DNA of 64,000 nucleotides from Verrucomicrobiota bacterium (lineage in GTDB: Bacteria > Verrucomicrobiota > Verrucomicrobiia > Opitutales > Opitutaceae). The translations under genes were made by a program, and so were the position numbers. Shown piece after piece: positions 58,749 through 64,000 of this stretch. Below the pieces are notes generated by a model, which did not search any database, was not told where the DNA came from, and was given only the letters and a program-made list of their open reading frames with translations. The stretch is from positions 14,685-78,684 of the forward strand of contig CAUJJL010000128.1 of NCBI GenBank assembly GCA_963205455.1. The letters run 5' to 3'. The first letter of the stretch is position 1, and the number at the start of each line of letters is the position of its first letter.

Positions 58749-59995
58749 CTCCACCTCTCTTCACCGCATTGTCCGCGCGCCGCATGAGCGGTCTGATTCG
58801 GGCTGCCCGGCAGCGCGTTTGTTATGCCGCGCCCGGCCTGCACGAGGAAACCGCTGCACTGGCAGCCCTGAAGTCGACGAGCTCGTCCATTCCCATCACG
58901 GTGAGTTTGGATTTCGACGAGCGTACGCTGCGCTTAGGCTACGGAAGTCTCCCGGCGGTGGAAACGCTGCGCGGCGCGGGCATCGAGCCGTCGCACTCGC
59001 CCGGATTCCGCAGCGCGGTGTTGATCGTGGACGATGCGGGTTGGGTCTTCACGCGGAAGGCTCTCTACCTCGAACCCGAACCGCAAAGCGATGAGACACC
59101 GAATGCCATCCGTCTGACTTCCGGCCAGGTGCGGGAAATCCTGCTGCGCCTTTCCCCCGCCGCGCGGGCAGAGGCCGTCGCCGCCGCAAGCACCCCCGAA
59201 GAAGCCGCGCGGCTGGAGTCCATCCCGCTGGAAACCTGCGAACTGCCGCTGGGCAAGGAGCAGTTCGCGCAGGTGAAGCAGGCCATCGAAGCCGCACCGC
59301 CGGTGAAGTTTGACGTGGCACGGCAGGTGCGAGTTTTCGAGCCCTACCTCCAATATGTGGAACTTTCGCTCACCGGTGCCGCCGTGCAGCGCCACCGAGT
59401 GCGCATTCCGAAATCACTGCAAAACCTCGGTGCCTCCAAAGACCTCGAAGGCAAGCTCAAGACGACGTTCGACCTCATTGAGAAAGGCAGCTCCCTTTCC
59501 TCCAAGGTGCTGGAAGACGAACTGAACGAGATCCGCAAAAACTTCATGCCGTCGCTCGGCAAGGACCACGGGAGGGTCGTCTTGAAAGCCGCCAAGCCAA
59601 CGCTGCTGGCGCGACTCGAGGAACTGCGCAAGAAGCTGGAGACGCATCAGAATAAGGTCGAAAGCGAGCTCCAGAAAAAGCTCGATGAATCGAAGAAGCA
59701 GGTTGTGGACTACTACTTGCCGCTCGCCCGCGCTAACCCGCCGGATGCTCTCGTCGGCTCGATGCTCAAGGTGACGGATAATGACATCAGGCAATGGATC
59801 GAGTCCGAGCTGTCCGACGTGTTTCCCGACGCGAAAGAACTGATTCACAAGATGACGCTGGAGGACCGCTATAAGGACGTGACCTTCGAGACACTAAACC
59901 GCGCCGATTTCCTCAAGTCAGTGAAGGCCGCCTTCCCGCGTATTGATTGGGACAAACCTTTCCACGATTTCAAGGCGGCAGGGGAACTGAAGTAA
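58745..59995 (+). CDS. Hypothetical protein (416 aa): N-terminal PLD-like scaffold without HxK, C-terminal K/E-rich coiled-coil-like region
   Basis: Translationally coupled to the EVE gene. The N-terminus ..LIRAARQRVCYAAPGL..IPITVSLDFDE..LRGAGIEPSHSPGFRSAVLIVDDAGWVFT resembles a PLD/NgoFVII-type fold with FRS where HxK is expected (pattern-level inference only). The C-terminus is LEELRKKLETHQNKVESELQKKLDESKKQ. Confidence 0.6.
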   Translation: MTPPLFTALSARRMSGLIRAARQRVCYAAPGLHEETAALAALKSTSSSIPITVSLDFDERTLRLGYGSLPAVETLRGAGIEPSHSPGFRSAVLIVDDAGWVFTRKALYLEPEPQSDETPNAIRLTSGQVREILLRLSPAARAEAVAAASTPEEAARLESIPLETCELPLGKEQFAQVKQAIEAAPPVKFDVARQVRVFEPYLQYVELSLTGAAVQRHRVRIPKSLQNLGASKDLEGKLKTTFDLIEKGSSLSSKVLEDELNEIRKNFMPSLGKDHGRVVLKAAKPTLLARLEELRKKLETHQNKVESELQKKLDESKKQVVDYYLPLARANPPDALVGSMLKVTDNDIRQWIESELSDVFPDAKELIHKMTLEDRYKDVTFETLNRADFLKSVKAAFPRIDWDKPFHDFKAAGELK

Positions 59996-60000
59996 GATGA

Positions 60001-60303
60001 CCGGAAACGCGTGTCCTTGTCGTGAAAGTGGAACGGAGGTCGAACGCGCTGGTGTATGAGCTGTATTTCCCGGAGGAGGTGAAGGGAAGTTTGAAGGAGG
60101 AAGGAGGAAGTTGGAAGGGGAGTCTGTTCGACCTGGTCGAGGCCGCCGGCCTGCCGGACGTGACCGCCCTGCCGGAGCCGGACTGCCTCCCGCGCCTGCG
60201 CCGGAAGTTCGAGGAACTCCACGACGGCGCCCACCCGCTGCGCCGCGCCCTCGGCCAGCTCCAAACCCTCGAAACCATCCGCATCATCGAAGGCAGGGCG
60301 TGA
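60001..60303 (+). pseudogene. 3' remnant resembling the C-terminus of an Eco57I/type IIG-like methyltransferase
   Basis: The frame opens right after the TGA at 59998. ..RSNALVYELYFPEEV.. parallels IDRLVYAAYGLNDGDIKEVE of the large methyltransferase. There is no N-terminal catalytic part. The tail (LRRKFEELHDGAHPLRRALGQLQTLETIRIIEGRA) lies in the 124-bp duplication. Confidence 0.4.
60073..60120 (+). repeat. In-frame GAAGG-rich tract inside the methyltransferase remnant
   Basis: gaggaggtgaagggaagtttgaaggaggaaggaggaagttggaagggg encodes EEVKGSLKEEGGSWKG. It has the same purine-strand flavour as the left arm of the four-helix-bundle cassette but is less exact. Confidence 0.6.
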
Positions 60304-60308
60304 ACACG
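60185..60308 (+). repeat. 124-bp direct repeat, copy A
   Basis: By my alignment it is identical to 61461-61584 except G at 60300 versus A at 61576. Confidence 0.85.
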
Positions 60309-61460
60309 CCCTTCCCATCGCCGTCGATGCCTCGATACGCCGGAAAACACGGCGCGCCGAGGATGACCGCCTTGCCAGCGCCGCAGGCGTTCCATACTTC
60401 AGTGCCAACACGCGTTCCAACCTCGGCCCATTCTTCAACGCCAACACACGATCCAGCCCCAGCCCTTTCATCAGCGCCAACGGCGCGCTCCAACCCCAGC
60501 CCAGGGCAACGCCCTGGGTATTCGGCACCCAAGACCATCCAAGCCCTGAAAGGGCGACCCAAGGCCTGTTCCAATCCCATGCACAACACCCGATCCCCCC
60601 TTGTTTCGGTGCGGGTCTTTCTGGACCGCCACGGCCTGGCCTGCACGAACGGTCTGTGGGGGGCTGAATCGCCCCTTCAGGGCTTGAAATGGTGGGTGAC
60701 CTATGTTCCCAGGGCGTTGCCCTGGGCTGGCATGATTCGCCCCGTCGGGGCTGAGTCCACGCCCATTCCTCAGCGCCAACGGCGCGCTTTAACCCTGGCC
60801 CAGGGCAACGCCCTAGGTCCACAACGGCGCGATCCAACCCCAGCCCGGGGCAAGGCCCTGGGTCCACAACGCCAAAATCGATCCTAGCCCTGAAGGGGCG
60901 ATTCAAACCATGCCCCAATCGCTCGCCCGCCTTTACGTCCATCTCATTTTCAGCACCAAGCACCGCGAACGCGTCATCACCGACGCCGTTCGTCCCTCCC
61001 TGCACGCCTACATGGCCAGGGTGCTGCAAAATTTTCGCTGCCCGCCCGTGCTCATCAACTCCGTCGAAGACCACATCCACATCCTCTTTGAACTGGGGCG
61101 CACCGTCTTCATCAGCCAGGCCGTCGAGGAGGCCAAAACCACCGCCTCGAAATGGATCAAGACCCAGGGGCCGGCCTTCGCCGGGTTCGCGTGGCAATCG
61201 GGCTACGGGGCCTTCTCCGTCAGCGAATCGAATGTATCGGCCGTGCGGGAATACATTGCCGGGCAGGCCGAACACCACCGGCACAAATCATTTCAGGAGG
61301 AATACCGGGCATTTCTCGAACGTCACGGCGTGGCTTTTGATGAACGGTATGTATGGGATTAGCCCGCCCCTTCAGGGCTTGAAATGGTGGGTGACCTATG
61401 TTCCCAGGGCGTTGCCCTGGGCTATCATGGGCCGCCCCTTTGGGGCTGGATCCATGCACC
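60309..61460. mobile_element. RAYT-like transposase plus REP/REPIN-type palindrome array inserted between the two 124-bp repeat copies
   Basis: At least 5 copies of the 19-nt hairpin CCCAGGGC-nnn-GCCCTGGG (60500-60518, 60708-60726, 60799-60817, 60844-60862 degenerate, 61403-61421). A 59-nt identical direct repeat lies at 60670-60728 and 61365-61423. A 19-nt perfect inverted repeat pairs 60666-60684 with 60886-60904. Confidence 0.8.
60910..61362 (+). CDS. IS200/IS605-family Y1 (HUH) transposase, REP-associated (RAYT)-like
   Basis: 150 aa. LYVHLIFSTKHRE, EDHIHILF (HUH), FAWQSGYGAFSVSESNVSAVREYIAGQAEHH. The ORF is bracketed by a 15-nt perfect inverted repeat, agccctgaaggggcg (60886-60900) and cgccccttcagggct (61365-61379). 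Confidence 0.85.
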   Translation: MPQSLARLYVHLIFSTKHRERVITDAVRPSLHAYMARVLQNFRCPPVLINSVEDHIHILFELGRTVFISQAVEEAKTTASKWIKTQGPAFAGFAWQSGYGAFSVSESNVSAVREYIAGQAEHHRHKSFQEEYRAFLERHGVAFDERYVWD

Positions 61461-61584
61461 GCCTCCCGCGCCTGCGCCGGAAGTTCGAGGAACTCCACGA
61501 CGGCGCCCACCCGCTGCGCCGCGCCCTCGGCCAGCTCCAAACCCTCGAAACCATCCGCATCATCGAAGGCAGGGCATGAACACG
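61461..61584 (+). repeat. 124-bp direct repeat, copy B (contains the start codon of the ArdC-like gene)
   Basis: See copy A. An ATG lies at 61576-61578, where copy A has GTG. Confidence 0.85.
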
Positions 61585-62442
61585 ATGGAAACCCAACCCG
61601 ATCTCTTCGCCGCACAGGATGAGGAAGTCGCTCGCTCCCTGCTGGACAAGTTGCTGGAAGACTCGAGGCTTTACCGAGCCAGCAAGGATTACCTTGAGCT
61701 GCTGGAGTTCACCAAGCGCCTGCGGAACTTCGCGCCCTTCAACGCCATGCTGCTCCATGTGCAGAAGCCCGGCCTGACCTACGCGGCTTCGGCCTACGAC
61801 TGGGAGTCGCGCTTCGGCCGCCGTCCGAAGGAGAACGCCCGCCCGCTGCTCATCCTTTGGCCATTCGGCCCGGTGGCGCTCGTGTATGACGTGCAGGAAA
61901 CCGAGGGGAAGGCACTGCCCCGGGACGTGGACAGCTTCTTTGCCCGTGGAGCCATCACCTCGGAACGGATTCCCGAGTTGATCAAAAAGATGGCACGTCG
62001 GAACATCGCCTGCGCCTGCTTCGACGGCGGGGATGCAAACGCAGGCTCCATCCGCGTTGTGAATCGTGCGACGAAGGAGGAAGACGCCTCGTATTCCATG
62101 CAGGTGAACCGGAATCACTCCGCGCCTGTTCAATTCGTCACCATCGCGCACGAACTGGCACACCTGTTTCTTGGCCACCTCGGCCCGGACAAGAATCTCA
62201 ACATCCCCGAGCGCCCGCGCCCCGACCATGTGCAGGAAGAACTGGAAGCCGAATCCGTCGCCTACCTCGTCTGCGCCCGCAACGGCGTGGAGTCGAAGTC
62301 ACAAACCTATCTGACAAAATTTGTGGAGAAAAACACGACCGTTGAGAAACTCGACATCTACCAGGTCATGCGCGCCGCCGGACAGATCGAAACCCTGCTT
62401 GGCCTCTCATCGCACACCCGTTACGAGAAGCCTCCCCGGTGA
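61576..62442 (+). CDS. HExxH zincin metallopeptidase-domain protein, ArdC-like (N-terminal ssDNA-binding-like region + C-terminal protease-like region)
   Basis: ORF 61384-62442, but the first 64 codons read through REP/duplicated DNA. Likely ATG at 61576 (MNTMETQPDLF..). ..FAPFNAMLLHVQKPGLTYAASAYDWESRFGRRPKENARPLLILWP.. resembles the ArdC N-domain. IAHELAHLFLGH plus QEELEAESVAYLVCARNGV resemble the ArdC-type protease motifs. Confidence 0.55.
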   Translation: MNTMETQPDLFAAQDEEVARSLLDKLLEDSRLYRASKDYLELLEFTKRLRNFAPFNAMLLHVQKPGLTYAASAYDWESRFGRRPKENARPLLILWPFGPVALVYDVQETEGKALPRDVDSFFARGAITSERIPELIKKMARRNIACACFDGGDANAGSIRVVNRATKEEDASYSMQVNRNHSAPVQFVTIAHELAHLFLGHLGPDKNLNIPERPRPDHVQEELEAESVAYLVCARNGVESKSQTYLTKFVEKNTTVEKLDIYQVMRAAGQIETLLGLSSHTRYEKPPR

Positions 62443-62629
62443 GGTGCCTTCCCGCACGCTTCATGCAATCCGCCGGACTCCACCCTCCCTCGACGCGGAC
62501 TCTCACTCCAGCGTGGACCGGCGCTTGGCGACCAGCGCCTTGAAGGCCGGGGGAATGATCCGGACATGGCGCAGCACCGCGCCCTTTGGCCAACACCCGG
62601 GCAGCAGAAATGCTCCGGGGTATTTTCTT

Positions 62630-63240
62630 TCACGGCGACGGCCAAATACCCTCTCGATCCAATCGCGTTAGAATGGCCTGCTGATGAACTCCGAACTTCG
62701 GTGCCATCTGCTCGGCGAATTTTGCGCGAATGTCTTCGGACTTCAGCCATGTCGGAAGGATCCTTCCGATTTGTGCGGCGAAGTCGTCGAAGTGTTCTCT
62801 GAGGCGTTCCACTGGAACCAGCAGCCGCCCCGCAAACTCGTTGGCATCCTGCTCCAATCCAAAACGCGCCTGATCCTCTGCTTTGAAGTGGCGCGCGAAT
62901 TGGTCGAACGACGCAAATTTCACGTTCGCCGCATAGTCACGGTGCAGGACGTAGTGACCGAGTTCGTGGGCGACCGTGAACCGTAGGCGGTTCTGTTTCC
63001 AGACCGGCCCCTTCTCCCAGAGAACATAGCTCTCGGCGTCTACATAGATGCCTTTGAAATCTGGCGTGAGAGCGGCATCGACGCGATACTTTGGAACAGG
63101 TCGTCGAAGGGGATGACGTCCATTTGGAGCGTCAGCTCCACCAGCGAAAAGACGTCCACCGGAAGCTCCGACCGCTTCGCGGCCAAGTATTTCGTGCGGA
63201 ATGCCTCCACCTCATCCCACACGTTGGATCGTCCGTTCAT
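62630..63240 (-). pseudogene. ImmA/IrrE-family (Peptidase_M78) metallopeptidase gene interrupted by a frameshift
   Basis: The ATG frame (63240 down to the TAG at 63040) gives MNGRSNVWDEVEAFRTKYL..DVIPFDDLFQS. The shifted frame continues ..KYRVDAALTPDFKGIYVDAESYVLWEKGPVWKQNRLRFTVAHELGHYVLHRD..ILTRLDREGIWPSP to 62630. Total length is 611 nt, not a multiple of 3. The shift is near 63085-63095. Confidence 0.7.
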
Positions 63241-63620
63241 TTGGTGGCTTTGCCGTCCGGGCTATGGAGCGAACGCACGTCCTCGATAAACTGCTTCAGT
63301 TGCGCGTCGTCGAGGTCCGCACCACGAGCGGCACGGAAAAAGGTCGGCAGCGCGGCCAAGACCTTCTCGTCATTGGCGATGTCAGAGGGGAGCTCCCGGC
63401 GAGACAGCGCGGCAGCATCGAGAAATCCGAGCTTCTCGCCGTCTTCCAATCCGAAGAACTCCGCCCACGCCTCTAGAACTGCGATGTCCTTCGGTACCGG
63501 ATTCACGTCGCGCTCCCACTTACTCCAGTTGCTGGGATCGACTCCCAATTCATCACTGCATTTCCGAAGGGTTAAGCCCTTGCGGATGCGATAGTTTTTA
63601 AGTTGTGCTCCAAAGGTCAT
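63237..63620 (-). CDS. XRE-family HTH transcriptional regulator
   Basis: 127 aa. LKNYRIRKGLTLRKCSDELGVDPSNWSKWERDVNPVP. The stop overlaps the ImmA start (ATGA). Confidence 0.85.
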   Translation of the reverse strand: MTFGAQLKNYRIRKGLTLRKCSDELGVDPSNWSKWERDVNPVPKDIAVLEAWAEFFGLEDGEKLGFLDAAALSRRELPSDIANDEKVLAALPTFFRAARGADLDDAQLKQFIEDVRSLHSPDGKATK

Positions 63621-63632
63621 AGTTCGCCCAGG

Positions 63633-63657
63633 GGTGTGGTTTTTATTTTACCACACC
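63633..63657. promoter_or_regulatory. Palindrome GGTGTGGT-ttttatttt-ACCACACC, 13 nt upstream of the XRE start; candidate operator
   Basis: 8-bp perfect inverted repeat with an AT-only 9-nt spacer, directly 5' of the XRE gene on its strand. Confidence 0.4.
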
Positions 63658-63819
63658 GGTCAATGCCCATGTCCGGATCATTCCATTTCATCCACACAGG
63701 GATGCATAGTGGCAGCTAAGCCGACTTTGCGGATTCGATCCTTCGGCGAAAGAAATTTCGATTCTTGCCCAGTTGAGCCTCAATTGGCAGCGGGATCGCG
63801 CTGACCAGTCAGTCCATAC

Positions 63820-64000
63820 TCAATGCGGACTCCCGTTTGCTCTCAGATCGCTGGTTTTCGTAAGCCCTAAGAACAGCGTCAGACTCAAGCCAATCAGAAT
63901 GGCCAGCCTTATCAGGCTCAACATTTCCCACGTCGCGGCTCGTTCGGTCAGGTTGGCGTCGATGGTGTTGGTATAGGTTGTTCGCAAGATCGCCATCAGC
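63820..64000 (-). CDS. C-terminal fragment of a gene entering from beyond the window (one hydrophobic segment)
   Basis: My translation of the minus strand from nt 63999 gives LMAILRTTYTNTIDANLTERAATWEMLSLIRLAILIGLSLTLFLGLTKTSDLRANGSPH, with the stop at 63820-63822. Confidence 0.3.
   Translation of the reverse strand, partial: LMAILRTTYTNTIDANLTERAATWEMLSLIRLAILIGLSLTLFLGLTKTSDLRANGSPH

Noticed and set aside
60471-61460. Possible CRISPR array, because of many short repeats
   Set aside because: The repeats are palindromic hairpins in both orientations with irregular spacing, and they flank a RAYT-like transposase. There are no uniform repeat-spacer units and no cas genes.
61088-61579. 163-aa ORF, plus the first 64 codons of ORF 61384-62442
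   Set aside because: They read through the transposase in a wrong frame, the REP hairpins (PRALPWA-type artefact peptides) and the duplicated 124-bp segment. They are not independent genes.
63731-63741. T-loop-like ggattcgatcc that could mark a tRNA or att site at the right edge of the island
   Set aside because: The flanking bases do not form T-stem, acceptor or anticodon arms on either strand. I found no matching direct repeat at the left junction.

Overview
Visibly GC-rich bacterial chromosome segment. The gene content includes PSCyt/DUF1549/DUF1553 + DUF1501, DUF1800 + DUF1501, CarboxypepD_reg-type TonB receptors and many secreted carbohydrate-active enzymes. By inference this points to the PVC superphylum, probably a Verrucomicrobiota (Opitutales-like) organism. 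Positions 1-47.6 kb hold carbohydrate uptake and catabolism genes. These include a pectin-type block (TonB receptor, GH28, hexuronate-type MFS, PL10 pectate lyase). There is an XRE-cupin-regulated oxidoreductase/isomerase + CUT2-type sugar ABC transporter cluster. A LacI-linked block carries a beta-helix protein, an MFS transporter, two SGNH esterases and an FAD oxidoreductase with a discoidin-like tail. A second TonB receptor is followed by a GH36-like enzyme. An AraC-linked five-gene sugar-acid pathway ends in an acetoacetate-decarboxylase-family enzyme. This part closes with DUF1800/DUF1501 and dctA. Positions 48.3-63.7 kb, directly after dctA and a ~700-bp gene-poor junction, form a defence/mobile island. 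It has no integrase or tRNA in the window. Its core is a co-directional 8-gene array. The array runs: PLD(HKD)-SNF2 nuclease-helicase, VapBC, a four-helix-bundle (23S-IVS-type) gene bracketed by an 18-bp perfect inverted repeat, a 1562-aa PglX/MmeI/Eco57I-like N6-adenine methyltransferase fused to a C-terminal DUF3800 domain, an unassigned 175-aa protein, an EVE (PUA-like) protein, and a translationally coupled 416-aa unassigned protein. I consider this array the best candidate for an undescribed RM-derived defence system. Downstream lie a methyltransferase C-terminal remnant and a RAYT-like HUH transposase with a REP array, bracketed by a 124-bp duplication. An ArdC-like HExxH protein and an XRE + frameshifted ImmA/IrrE pair follow. 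All assignments rest on motif recognition in the supplied translations. No database search was run.
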